Origin: Octopus sinensis
Taxonomy: Eukaryota
DNA: 64,000 nt
NCBI RefSeq assembly: GCF_006345805.1
Contig: NC_043010.1
Span: 33,294,001-33,358,000, forward strand
Direction of reading: 5' to 3'
In this document: piece after piece, positions 52,501 through 64,000 of the stretch
How positions within the stretch are numbered: position 1 is the stretch's first letter
How the letters are laid out: each line of letters opens with the position of its first letter
Made by a program: the position numbers and the translations under genes
Notes under the pieces: model-generated
Seen by the model: the letters and a program-made list of their open reading frames with translations, nothing else
Databases searched by the model: none
Told to the model about the DNA's origin: nothing

Positions 52501-55500
52501 TAATGGCGATTTTCAAGTTTTAGCATAAGAAGAAGAAGAGAGGAAAAAGACCGCCAATGGCTGAAAGATGGAAGAGATGGGATTACGGCTTGAGGTAGCC
52601 TAAGGTTAAATTTTGTAGAGAGAGATAGGAAAGATAAATCAAGTTATGGCGAAGGCTTGAAAGTAGCCTAAAAGGTTAAATTTTCGTAACAATGTATGAA
52701 TAAACGTAGTAACAACGAATAAAAATAGTAAGATAAATTTTTAAGAACTTGCTGCGGACATCGATCGGGAGTTGAAATTGAAGAAGAAAGTAAGTTGAAT
52801 TGGGAATTTAAATTGTAGAATCGTAATGGTAATGGCGATTTTCAAGTTTTAGCATAAGAAGAAGAAGAGGAGGAAAAAGACCGCCAATGGCTGAAAGATG
52901 GGAAGAGTTTGGATTACGGCTTGAGGTAGCCTAAGGTTAAATTTTGTAGAGAGAGATAGGAAAGATAAATCAAGTTATGGCGAAGGCTTGAAAGTAGCCT
53001 AAAGGTTAAATTTTCGTAACAATGTATGAATAAACGTAGTAACAACGAATAAAAATAGTAAGATGAATTTTAAGAACTTGCTGCGGACATCGATCGGGAG
53101 TTGAAATTGAAGAAAAGTAAGTTGAATTGGAATTTAAATTGTAGAATCGTAATGGTAATGGCGATTTTCAAGTTTTAGCATAAGAAGAAGAGGAAAAAGA
53201 CCGCCAATGGCTGAAAGATGGGAAGAGTTTGGATTACGGCTTGAGGTAGCCTAAGGTTAATTTTGTAGAGAGAGAGATAGGAAAGATAAATCAAGTTATG
53301 GCGAAGGCTTGAAAGTAGCCTAAAGGTTAAATTTTCGTAACAATGTATGAATAAACGTAGTAACAACGAATAAAATAGTAAGATAAATTTTTAAGAACTT
53401 GCTGCGGACATCGATCGGGAGTTGAAATTGAAGAAGAATAAGTTAATTGGGAATTTAAATTGTAGAATCGTAATGGTAATGGCGATTTTTAAGTTTTAGC
53501 ATAAGAAGAAGAAGAGGAGGAAAAAGACCGCCAATGGCTGAAAGATGGGAAGAGATGGGATTACGGCTTGAGGTAGCCTAAGGTTAATTTTGTAGAGAGA
53601 GATAGGAAAGATAAATCAAGTTATGGCGAAGGCTTGAAAGTAGCCTAAAGGTTAAATTTTCGTACAATGTATGAATACGTAGTAACAACGAATAAAAATA
53701 GTAAGATAAATTTTTAAGAACTTGCTTGCGGACATCGATCGGGAGTTGAAATTGAAGAAGAAAGTAAGTTGAATTGGGAATTTAAATTGTAGAATCGTAA
53801 TGGTAATGGCGATTTTCAAGTTTTAGCATAAGAAGAAGAAGAGGAGGAAAAAGACCGCCAATGGCTGAAAGATGGGAAGAGATGGGATTACGGCTTGAGG
53901 TAGCCTAAGGTTAAATTTTGTAGAGAGAGCGATAGGAAAGATAAATCAAGTTATGGCGAAGGCTTGAAAGTAGCCTAAAAGGTTAAATTTTCGTAACAAT
54001 GTATGAATAAACGTAGTAACAACGAATAAAAATAGTAAGATAAATTTTTAAGAACTTGCTTGCGGACATCGATCGGGAGTTGAAATTTAAAAAGAAAGTA
54101 AGTTGAATTGGGAATTTAAATTGTAGAATCGTAATGGTAATGGCGATTTTCAAGTTTTAGCATAAGAAGAAGAAGAGGAGGAAAAAGACCGCAATGGCTG
54201 AAAGATGGAGAAAGATGGGAAGAGATGGGATTACGGCTTGAGGTAGCCTAAGGTTAAATTTTGTAGAGAGAGAGATAGGAAAGATAAATCAAGTTATGGC
54301 GAAGGCTTGAAAGTAGCCTAAAAGGTTAAATTTTCGTAACAATGTATGAATAAACGTAGTAACAACGAATAAAAATAGTAAGATAAATTTTTAAGAACTT
54401 GCTGCGGACATCGATCGGGAGTTGAATTGGAAGAAGAAAGTAAGTTGAATGATTGGGAATTAAATTGTAGAATCGTAATGGTAACGGCGATTTTCAAGTT
54501 TTAGCATAAGAAGAAGAAGAGGAGGAAAAGACCCCCAATGGCTGAAGATGGGAAGAGATGGGATTACGGCTTGATGTAGCCTAAGGTTAAATTTTGTAGA
54601 GAGAGAGATAGGAAAGATAAATCAAGTTATGGCGAAGGCTTGAAAGTAGCCTAAAAGGTTAAATTTTCGTAACAATGTATGAATAAACGTAGTAACAACG
54701 AATAAAAATAGTAAGATAAATTTTTAAGATCTTGCTGCGGACATCGATCGGGAGTTGAAATTGAAGAAGAAAGTAAGTTGAATTGGGAATTTAAATTGTA
54801 GAATCGTAATGGTAATGGCGATTTTCAAGTTTTAGCATAAGAAGAAGAAGAGGAGAAAAAGACCGCCAATGGCTGAAAGATGGGAAGAGTTTGGATTACG
54901 GCTTGAGGTAGCCTAGGTTAAATTTTGTAGAGAGAGAGATAGGAAAGATAAATCAAGTTATGGCGAAGGCTTGAAAGTAGCCTAAAAGGTTAAATTTTCG
55001 TAACAATGTATGAATAAACGTAGTAACAACGAATAAAAATAGTAAGATAAATTTTTAAGAACTTGCTGCGGACATCGATCGGGAGTTGAAATTGAAGAAG
55101 AAAGTAAGTTGAATTGGGAATTTAAATTGTAGAATCGTAATGGTAATGGCGATTTTCAAGTTTTAGCATAAGAAGAAGAATAGGAGGAAAAAGACCGCCA
55201 ATGGCTGAAAGATGGGAAGAGATGGGATTACGGCTTGAGGTAGCCTAAGGTTAAATTTTGTAGAGAGAGAGATAGGAAAGATAAATCAAGTTATGGCGAA
55301 GGCTTGAAAGTAGCCTAAAAGGTTAAATTTTCGTAACAATGTATGAATAAACGTAGTAACAACGAATAAAAATAGTACGATAAATTTTTAAGAACTTGCT
55401 GCGGACATCGATCGGGAGTTGAAATTGAAGAAGAAAGTAAGTTGAATTGGGAATTTAAATTGTAGAATCGTAATGGTAATGGCGATTTTCAAGTTTTAGC

Positions 55501-58500
55501 ATAAGAAGAAGAAGAGGAGGAAAAAGACCGCCAATGGCTGAAAGATGGGAAGAGTTTGGATTACGGCTTGAGGTAGCCTAAGGTTAAATTTTGTAGAGAG
55601 AGAGATAGGAAAGATAAATCAAGTTATGGCGAAGGCTTGAAAGTAGCCTAAAAGGTTAAATTTTCGTAACAATGTATGAATAAACGTAGTAACAACGAAT
55701 AAAAATAGTAAGATAAATTTTTAAGAACTTGCTGCGGACATCGATCGGGAGTTGAAATTGAAGAAGAAAGTAAGTTGAATTGGGAATTTAAATTGTAGAA
55801 TCGTAATGGTAATGGCGATTTTCAAGTTTTAGCATAAGAAGAAGAAGAGGAGGAAAAAGACCGCCAATGGCTGAAAGATGGGAAGAGATGGGATTACGGC
55901 TTGAGGTACCCTAAGGTTAAATTTTGTAGAGAGAGAGATAGGAAAGATAAATCAAGTTATGGCGAAGGCTTGAAAGTAGCCTAAAAGGTTAAATTTTCGT
56001 AACAATGTATGAATAAACGTAGTAACAACGAATAAAAATAGTAAGATAAATTTTTAAGAACTTGCTTGCGGACATCGATCGGGAGTTGAAATTGAAGAAG
56101 AAAGTAAGTTGAATTGGGAATTTAAATTGTAGAATCGTAATGGTAATGGCGATTTTCAAGTTTTAGCATAAGAAGAAGAAGAGGAGGAAAAAGACCGCCA
56201 ATGGCTGAAAGATGGGAAGAGATGGGATTACGGCTTGATGTAGCCTAAGGTTAAATTTTGTAGAGAGAGAGATAGGAAAGATAAATCAAGTTATGGCGAA
56301 GGCTTGAAAGTAGCCTAAAAGGTTAAATTTTCGTAACAATGTATGAATAAACGTAGTAACAACGAATAAAAATAGTAAGATAAATTTTTAAGATCTTGCT
56401 GCGGACATCGATCGGGAGTTGAAATTGAAGAAGAAAGTAAGTTGAATTGGAATTTAATTGTAGAATCGTAATGGTAATGGCGATTTTCAAGTTTTAGCAT
56501 AAGAAGAAGAAGAGGAGGAAAAAGACCGCCAATGGCTGAAAGATGGAAGAGATGGGATTACGGCTTGAGGTAGCCTAAGGTTAAATTTTGTAGAGAGAGA
56601 GATAGGAAAGATAAATCAAGTTATGGCGAAGGCTTGAAAGTAGCCTAAAAGGTTAAATTTTCGTAACAATGTATGAATAAACGTAGTAACAACGAATAAA
56701 AATAGTAAGATAAATTTTTAAGAACTTGCTGCGGACATCGATCGGGAGTTGAAATTGAAGAAGAAAGTAAGTTGAATTGGGAATTTAAATTGTAGAATCG
56801 TAATGGTAATGGCGATTTTTAAGTTTTAGCATAAGAAGAAGAAGAGGAGGAAAAAGACCGCCAATGGCTGAAAGATGGGAAGAGATGGGATTACGGCTTG
56901 AGGTAGCCTAAGGTTAAATTTTGTAGAGAGAGAGATAGGAAAGATAAATCAAGTTATGGCGAAGGCTTGAAAGTAGCCTAAAAGGTTAAATTTTCGTAAC
57001 AATGTATGAATAAACGTAGTAACAACGAATAAAAATAGTAAGATAAATTTTTAAGAACTTGCTGCGGACATCGATCGGGAGTTGAAATTGAAGGAGAAAG
57101 TAAGTTGAATTGGGAATTTAAATTGTAGAATCGTAATGGTAATGGCGATTTTCAAGTTTTAGCATAAGAAGAAGAAGAGGAGGAAAAAGACCGCCAATGG
57201 CTGAAAGATGGGAAGAGATGGGATTACGGCTTGAGGTAGCCTAAGGTTAAATTTTGTAGAGAGAGAGATAGGAAAGATAAATCAAGTTATGGCGAAGGCT
57301 TGAAAGTAGCCTAAAAGGTTAAATTTTCGTAACAATGTATGAATAAACGTAGTAACAACGAATAAAAATAGTAAGATAAATTTTTAAGAACTTGCTGCGG
57401 ACATCGATCGGGAGTTGAAATTGAAGAAGAAAGTAAGTTGAATTGGGAATTTAAATTGTAGAATCGTAATGGTAATGGCGATTTTCAAGTTTTAGCATAA
57501 GAAGAAGAAGAGGAGGAAAAAGACCGCCAATGGCTGAAAGATGGGAAGAGATGGATTACGGCTTGAGGTAGCCTAAGGTTAAATTTTGTAGAGAGAGAGA
57601 TAGGAAAGATAAATCAAGTTATGGCGAAGGCTTGAAAGTAGCCTAAAAGGTTAAATTTTCGTAACAATGTATGAATAAACGTAGTAACAACGAATAAAAA
57701 TAGTAAGATAAATTTTTAAGAACTTGCTGCGGACATCGATCGGAGTTGAAATTGAAGAAGAAAGTAAGTTGAATTGGGAATTTAAATTGTAGAATCGTAA
57801 TGGTAATGGCGATTTTCAAGTTTTAGCATAAGAAGAAGAAGAGGAGGAAAAAGACCACCAATGGCTGAAAGATGGGAAGAGATGGGATTACGGCTTGAGG
57901 TAGCCTAAGGTTAAATTTTGTAGAGAGAGAGATAGGAAAGATAAATCAAGTTATGGCGAATGTATGTATGTATGAATATGACACAATATTATCTATCTGT
58001 CTGTATACATATGTATGTTTATACAGAAACTCATTTATCAACAAAATCATTAAAGATATTTAGTCAATTGGAGATATGACTATAGAAAGCATGAAATGTT
58101 TTATTTTCGAAAGCATTAGCTTCATTTAACTAAATGTTTCTAACAATCACATAGAGAAATTTGTGTTTATCTGTGTACATACATTCACACATACTGAGAG
58201 ACAGCTAGATAATGAATACAGTTATATTCATAAGAATGTGTATGTGTGTAGTGTATCATTGTATAGGGAATGAAAGACTTGACAGACTGAAAGAATGGAG
58301 ATTCTTATTTTTTTACTTTGAAGGTGCACGATGGTGTATAGTGTGTGTGTGTGTGTATGATGATATATGTCGGATTGTGTGTATGTCTGTAGGTGAGTAT
58401 ATATGATGGTGTATGTTGCTTTGTGTATGTATATGATTGTATTTGAAGATGTATATTGGTTCATTGCTTCATATGATAAAAAGCAGTGTAATTTTTATTA

Positions 58501-61500
58501 GTCAGCAGAATTACTAAGTCTAGCATGCTCTGTTTTTACAGGAACACCAGTGAAAGACTTGGTGGCCGACAAACAAACATTCAGGCTGAAATAAATGTAA
58601 GCCATTCTATTTAAGTTTTCAAGTGAAAGTAATGAGAGAATTATTTGTTGGGAAGCTCCGCATTAATTGACACCTTGTGTGTGGTTTTGGGTGACTTCAT
58701 CTGAAGGCACAAAAACTCTTCCCCTTCTTGCTATTGTAACTTCAACCTTTATATTTAAGCATCTAGAGATGTTTTTTTTTTTTTGTTTAGTCTTTATCTA
58801 AAATGAAATTATTTTGTTTGCAGGCTGCCATTAGAGCTGTTGAACAAGCAAAGGCCAAAAATATTTCAAACCTTACTATCAACACTAGTAGTGAGTTCAT
58901 AATGAACAGTAAGTTATGTTTGTTTCTCCTATGAATCAACTAATCCTTAACCTATTTAGTGTTTGTGGATGTTATTCCCTAACTTCTTTCATTTGGAACC
59001 CAAGTATTTTACTTCCATCAGTGAATGTCCAGAGGATCTCTTAGTGTTGTGTGTGACTGCATCCTATTGCAAAATTATTATATGTTAAGGTTGAAGCAGA
59101 AAATTGTGCATATTATTTTAGCACCAGATCGATGCTGATTGAACAAAGCAGACTATCCTGTTTTGTTTTGTTTTTTTATTTCTTAAATGTATCTAGAACT
59201 ACATTTATCCAATGTGTCTATCCATTTTTAAGATGGTAGGGAATGATTTGAGGGAGATCAGATTGCTATTTCTAGCATGTTAAGTAATTATAGAGCCTCC
59301 CTCATTGGCCTGGGGATTAGGTATTTCCAGAATACCTCTTTTACAATATTCACCTTTAGCAGCAGGGCTTTTTACATGTAGTCTTCCAGGAACAAATTGG
59401 CAGATGTTTATATGTTTATTGGTCAGCTTCATTGTAGCAAATAGCAGCTGGAGCTACACTTATCTTTGCTCTTCACAGAATATTTGTACAAGTAAATCTG
59501 TTACAGGTAATATTTATGTGGAATACTTTTGTTTTTATTTTTCAGTTTGTTTATCTACTTCTCATTCATCATAATATTGTTATTTCTGTTTGTATAGCTG
59601 TGCATGGGGAGACTCATTGAACCAAGTGACACCATAGTCATGACCTTTGCTAGTGTCATGTAAATGGCACCTGTGAAATCGTAGTCATGGCTGTTACTGG
59701 TGTCATGTAAAAGGTGCCCATGCCAGTGGCACATAAAAAAGCACCCATTACACTTTCGGAGTGGTTGGTATTAGAAAGGGCATCCACCTGTAAAAACCAT
59801 GCCAAATCAGACTGGAATCTGGTGCAGCTCTCCAGCTTACCACTTCCAGTCAAACCGTCTAACCCATGCCAGCATGGTAAACAGACATTAAATGATGATG
59901 ATAATGATGATAGCCACACCCACATCTCTCATGTCACAGGTGTTATTTTATTAACCATACATATCTTGGAACTATTGGGTCATGCCATAAATAATGTGGT
60001 TTTTTGTACTTCTTTCATTTTTCAAAATTAAGATAAACAAAATTCTTTTCCAGTCTAAAATATACTCTCCTTCATTTTCTACAATGCTCTTCCATATATC
60101 TGGTACACTTGCCCCTCTTCCAAAATTCACTTGTCTGTGACGAAAAATACTCCTCCAGTACAGTTCTGACCTCATCTGCAAAATTCCTATTTTTTAGCCC
60201 AAATAATTTTGAAGACTGCAGAATAAATGATAATCAGATGGGGCAATGTCCGGTGAATATGGTTTCCCATTCAAACTGCTCCAGCCTTTGGAATGTCATC
60301 CTTGCTATATGTGGCTGAGCATTATTCTGATGGAAGAACACCTTTCGTCTTGAAACCAAAAATAGTTGTTTTTCTTTTAGTGCTGACTTAAGTTGCTCAA
60401 GCTGCTCGCAGTAGATCTCCTTTGTTATTGTTTGGTTTGGGTTTAAAAGTTCAATGTGGACTAAACCTTTCATATCCCACCATACAGATAACAACACATT
60501 ATGTGGTGCCAGTGTTTCTCCTTTTCCTACCCAATGTCTTCAGTGCTTGACATGTTTATAGAGAACCCATTTCTTGTCACCAGTCACTACTTGGTCCAAA
60601 AAAGTTCATTTGTGAGATGTAACAGCAAAGAAGAACACCCATTCACTCTCTGCGCGCAATTAGACTCAGGACGTTTGTGGGGGACCCATTGACCTAATTT
60701 GCTGACTTTTCTAATGGCACACAGGTGTTGATGAATGGTTGAATGACCAAATCCAAGTTTCTCTGCTAGTTCCTCAACAGTTACAATGGGATTTTGTTCC
60801 ACCAGGGTTTGCAGGATGTCCTTGTTGGGCTCTACAGATCTTCCAGAATGAGGCTCGTCTTCTAGGCTGTAGTTTCTGGCTCGGAATTTCTGGAACCACT
60901 GTTGATACTGGCTTATGCTTATTTCTGAACCCCATATACTGCATTAATATACCTTGCAATTTCTGTTGCTTTGTTGCCTTTATTGAACTTATAAAGCATA
61001 ATATACCGAATATGCTCCTTTGTCATTTCCATAACAGCTTTGACAAAATAACTGTTAAAATTGCACTGTACTCTTCAAAACTTGCACTAAGAATAAGCAC
61101 AAGGTAAAATTAGAAACAAAGTGAGGGTTGACAATAGGAAATACATCTGGCTGTAGAAAATCTGCCTTAACTATTTCAGTCTGATCCATGCAAGTATGGA
61201 AAAATGGATGTTAAATTATGATGATGGTGGTTTCTCTGGTGTTTGCTGTCATTATTGACTTCCATGATAATTACTTTGTGTATTTGTGTATCTTAATCAT
61301 GAGAGAAGTGGGGCCTTAACCTGAGCGTCAACACTTCAGAGCTTGCAATAAATTTAAATTAAAAGGAACCAAGAGATTAACACAAATACTTGCAACAGAA
61401 TAAGTTAGAGGCCATTAGTGACCAGAGGGTAGTGTTACGCTGGGTGGGATTTTAAATGTAACACCAAAAAGTTAGGCCTAAGACAATAATGTTAAATCTG

Positions 61501-61725
61501 TTCCTTCTCTCCCTCACACCAGGTATAACTAAATGGTTGGAGGGTTGGAAAAAGAAGAACTGGATGAAATCAAGTGGAGAAGAAGTGACAAACAAAGAAG
61601 AACTGCAGGAATTGGATAAGAAATTGGAGGGAATCAATGTTAAATGGGTAAGTTTAAGCAGGACGAACTGGGAAGCTAAAAGAAAACTCTATCATGACAT
61701 CTAAACCAACTGAAGGATTTTATTC

Positions 61726-61762
<37 letters not shown>

Positions 61763-63966
61763 AAACATGTTTGATTGTGTGCTTTGTTTTTTTTTTCCAT
61801 TGTGGTCTAATTAGAAGAGGTTAAGATTACTTATCAAGGTTTGCAAAGATTTTGGTAAGAGATTAGAAAATCTGACTGTAATTTTGGAGGAGAAAAATTT
61901 TTCAGTCTGTGTGCTTTTTACCTTTCCTACTGATCATCTTGATGATATAGTAGAAGTTGATGATGGTATGAGGGGTTTCTTCCATATGTTGCAGACTGTT
62001 AGGTTTGGTTGTGTGAGCAGTGTGGAAGGACATATCTAGGAGAATGGTTTCAGTCCCACATTTAACTGTCTGATGAGTCAGAGGTGAAACATATGTTGTG
62101 AAGAGTCATCAGTGTAGAACTGGTAGTGTCAACCAGTGAGTTGAGGTACCAGAGAACTGGCAAGGGTTGTTGTGCTTTGATTAGCTGTAAGTTGGAGCAT
62201 TCTGTGAGGTGCAACTCTAAAAATGTTGTTGTTTTAACCCTAGATCAACCCTAATTGAACAGACTTATGATCAAAGGTATTCTAGCCAAGGCCATGCATC
62301 TTTTCTGAAGTATGTCCTATTCCAAGACAGCAGGGTGTGATTTAAGAGAAATTTGGCTTTTTCTAGCAAGTTGTTACTACTTAGATGCTCTCTCCTCCCT
62401 TTTCTCTGATAATGAAGTAAAAGCTTTGAGGTGAGAAATAGATCAATAATTTTTTAATATTTAATTTTATGGATTTGGGCAGGTGACAACACAAATTAGT
62501 GCAAAATTTAGGGATGGAAAACTGCTCATCCTCAACAGTAGCTGCATTGGTGTAGGAGGAGTGAGAGAGGAAAGAAATGTGATGAGAATAAGTACAAAGA
62601 AAGGTGAGGCAAGATGTCATCAGTGTAAAATAATTGGTAGTTGAACTACTGTTGATGTTGGAGAGGTTTGAAGAAAAGTAGTGGTTATAAAGAAACTTAG
62701 CAGGGAGACTTAGAGCCACAGTAACTGGAAGTCTTTTTGCTTCCACTCTCTCCTCTTCTCATCTGGTTATCAACCAAATAATACTTTTCAGTGTGTGAAG
62801 GTGGAATATAGAATGTAGTCTGAACAACAGATGAACTGGAAATAGATGAGAAATAGCTGGCACAGAAAAGAATAAAATTTGAATGAGGGAGGAGAAAAGC
62901 AAGTATGCATATGTACACCCCTGCCACACACATCCTTAACTCTCTTAAGTTTGTTTCAACTACTGAATGAACTAGCACAAAGAATTACAAGGTTCCAGAT
63001 GAACTAGTCTCATTGACAGATTGTCAAAGAACTCTAGAAGAATTAAATGTCATTTTAATCTCTCATCAAAAATTTGAGTAGATGCCTAGAAAATTTTTCA
63101 TGTCTAAAAATGTTAGTAATAACTTTCTATTATTCAAAGAAACAAGAAACTTTTCTTTAATAACCAATGAAAATAGTCATAAACAGTTGTTATTATATAT
63201 TGCCTAGCACTTAGAAGAAAGGGGTTTTAAAGAAAATAGTGTATTTGAATGGTTGTTTTTAATTTAAAAAAACACTATTTTATGAATGAATCAATGCTTA
63301 AAATTTTAGACATGAATTTGAAACAGAAAAGGCAAGATACCTACTTAACTCTTTTGAGAGAAATATTAGTATAATTTGTAACTTGATTAACCAAGGAATG
63401 GTCAGTACTTAATAACAAACCAGTGGGACTGGTTTATTGTAATTAGAATTATTATTAAAAGAAAGAAAAGTGTTGGCCTTGTGCGAAAATTAGAAAGAAT
63501 TATCAATATGAATTGTGTTCATGGCCCATGTAGGCCCTCTAAGAGTGGTTAAGTTGGCTGCTTCAAGTTGATTGCTACAGAAAGAACTAGGGCAGGAAGG
63601 GAATTCCAATGGGATGTTATTCAGGGAAGGGAGGGACTTGGAAATGATTATTGTAGGCCTGGGAATACAATATGCATGTTTCAAATTGGTACTAATAATG
63701 TTTAGAGATTTTTAAAATTATTATTTTATTTAATTTTATAGTTTAATGAGAGTTTCTCTAATTTCTATTCTCAGTCTCTGCATAGGAGAATAAAAATAGA
63801 TAGGCTGTGGATAGCCTCCTCCTCTTTACATTAACAAATAAATATAAAAATTATTTTGATTGTATATTATTTCTATTTCCTAGGTCCATGTGGATAAATG
63901 TTGTGCTGGAATCGAAGCTGCTGAACAATTGGCCAAAAAGGAGGAGAACTTCCTCTACCTGAGTAG
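34445..63966 (+). CDS. RNASEH1: RNase H1-like gene span (7 identified exons, first exon not found, predicted catalytically inactive)
   Basis: Exons 34445-34545, 36098-36418, 38485-38596, 58542-58596, 58824-58908, 61523-61647 and 63884-63966 have AG/GT boundaries and compatible phases. They encode an HBD, a linker and an RNase H domain. Confidence 0.9.
34905..35195 (+). mobile_element. RTE 3'-UTR fragment (intronic)
   Basis: RTE tail motif and (GAT)n. Confidence 0.75.
36098..36418 (+). CDS. RNASEH1: RNase H1-like exon: ~107-aa linker with a bipartite NLS (KRKAS...PPEKKK)
   Basis: Open frame, acceptor ttaacag, donor gtaatg. Phase 1 at both ends matches the neighbouring exons. Confidence 0.75.
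36560..37500 (-). mobile_element. Decayed R4/Dong-type non-LTR retrotransposon 3' end (zinc knuckle plus restriction-like endonuclease)
   Basis: Minus-strand remnants PEGITANEDCK...IQCDHQI...KPNIVVVN and EKVNNYDELKWEIHRLWAMERVDMIQIVIGAGG...SALLGTARVLHRVL*. Confidence 0.7.
38485..38596 (+). CDS. RNASEH1: RNase H1-like exon: start of the RNase H domain (KKLAHDYGVVFIYGSCLNNGKPDASAGFGVYWGDRE)
   Basis: Aligns to human VVVYTDGCCSSNG...RAGIGVYWG. Acceptor tttacag, donor gtaagt. Confidence 0.9.
39988..40240 (-). mobile_element. RTE 3'-UTR fragment
   Basis: (CAT)n followed by the GCTGGATGCCCTTCCTAACGCCAACC motif. Confidence 0.75.
40240..41100. repeat. G-rich minisatellite cluster (~17-bp x3, ~183-bp x2, ~35-bp x4)
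   Basis: GGGTACTTTGGGGATC repeats, the 40383-40740 duplication, and GGTGAGAACAGTGTTCACCGGTATT repeats. Confidence 0.85.
41110..57960 (+). repeat. Satellite array, 333-bp monomer, about 51 copies
   Basis: The anchor CCGCCAATGG recurs at 55528, 55861 and 56195 (333-334 bp spacing). The array is continuous from 41110 to 57960. Confidence 0.98.
58542..58596 (+). CDS. RNASEH1: RNase H1-like exon (55 nt; NTSERLGGRQTNIQAEIN)
   Basis: Aligns to human NVGIRLPGRQTNQRAEIH. Canonical splice sites. Confidence 0.92.
58824..58908 (+). CDS. RNASEH1: RNase H1-like exon (85 nt; AAIRAVEQAKAKNISNLTINTSSEFIMN)
   Basis: Aligns to human [28 protein letters not shown]. Canonical splice sites. Confidence 0.92.
59590..59912 (+). 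mobile_element. RTE 3'-UTR fragment (intronic)
   Basis: RTE tail motif and degenerate (GAT)n. Confidence 0.7.
59975..61100 (-). pseudogene. Mariner transposase pseudogene (intronic)
   Basis: ORF 60587-60802 has the HTH and KLGQWVPH. ORF 60234-60497 has LSVWWDMKG...YCEQL...FHQNNAQPH. One TIR-like end lies at ~59975. Confidence 0.85.
61523..61647 (+). CDS. RNASEH1: RNase H1-like exon (125 nt; SITKWLEGWKKKNWMKSSGEEVTNKEELQELDKKLEGINVKW)
   Basis: Aligns to human [28 protein letters not shown]...DIQW. Canonical splice sites. Confidence 0.95.
63884..63966 (+). CDS. RNASEH1: RNase H1-like last coding exon (VHVDKCCAGIEAAEQLAK...)
   Basis: Acceptor tttcctag. Aligns to human [22 protein letters not shown]. 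The end coordinate assumes a missing A in the A5 run at 63935-63939. Confidence 0.75.
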
Positions 63967-64000
63967 ATTTTCCTGCATGTTGTTAATTGGAATGTCAACA

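Noticed and set aside
42033-56500. Recurrent minus-strand 60-100 aa ORFs in the array
   Set aside because: They are chance frames in the satellite that vary with indels and have no coding signature.
61950-63700. Possible old LINE remnants in the last intron
   Set aside because: They are too decayed to assign a clade or boundaries by eye.

Overview
AT-rich, repeat-dense animal genomic DNA. The SINE, RTE and microsatellite content resembles an octopod cephalopod (inference), and most ORFs in the supplied track are spurious. One spliced host gene runs on the + strand from about 34.4 kb to the window end: an RNase H1-like gene with 7 exons joined in frame by hand. It has a hybrid-binding domain, a long linker with a bipartite NLS and an RNase H domain, but most catalytic residues are replaced (YTDG->FIYG, YTDS->NTSS, GH lost, NxxAD->IxxAE) while substrate-binding residues are kept. 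This suggests a pseudo-enzyme that binds RNA:DNA hybrids without cutting them. One of its introns holds a ~16.9 kb array of a 333-bp satellite with a visible 16-monomer higher-order period. The first 3.6 kb has four copies of a Penelope-like terminal repeat, each carrying a type I hammerhead ribozyme motif, arranged in tandem and head-to-head around RTE 3' fragments. The rest is nested mobile DNA: RTE, CR1 and R4/Dong-type LINE fragments, tRNA- and RTE-derived SINEs, two solo LTRs with 4-bp TSDs, a DD36E Tc1 element, mariner remnants, piggyBac-type MITEs, a foldback element, and an unexplained GC-rich island at 31.5-32.3 kb.
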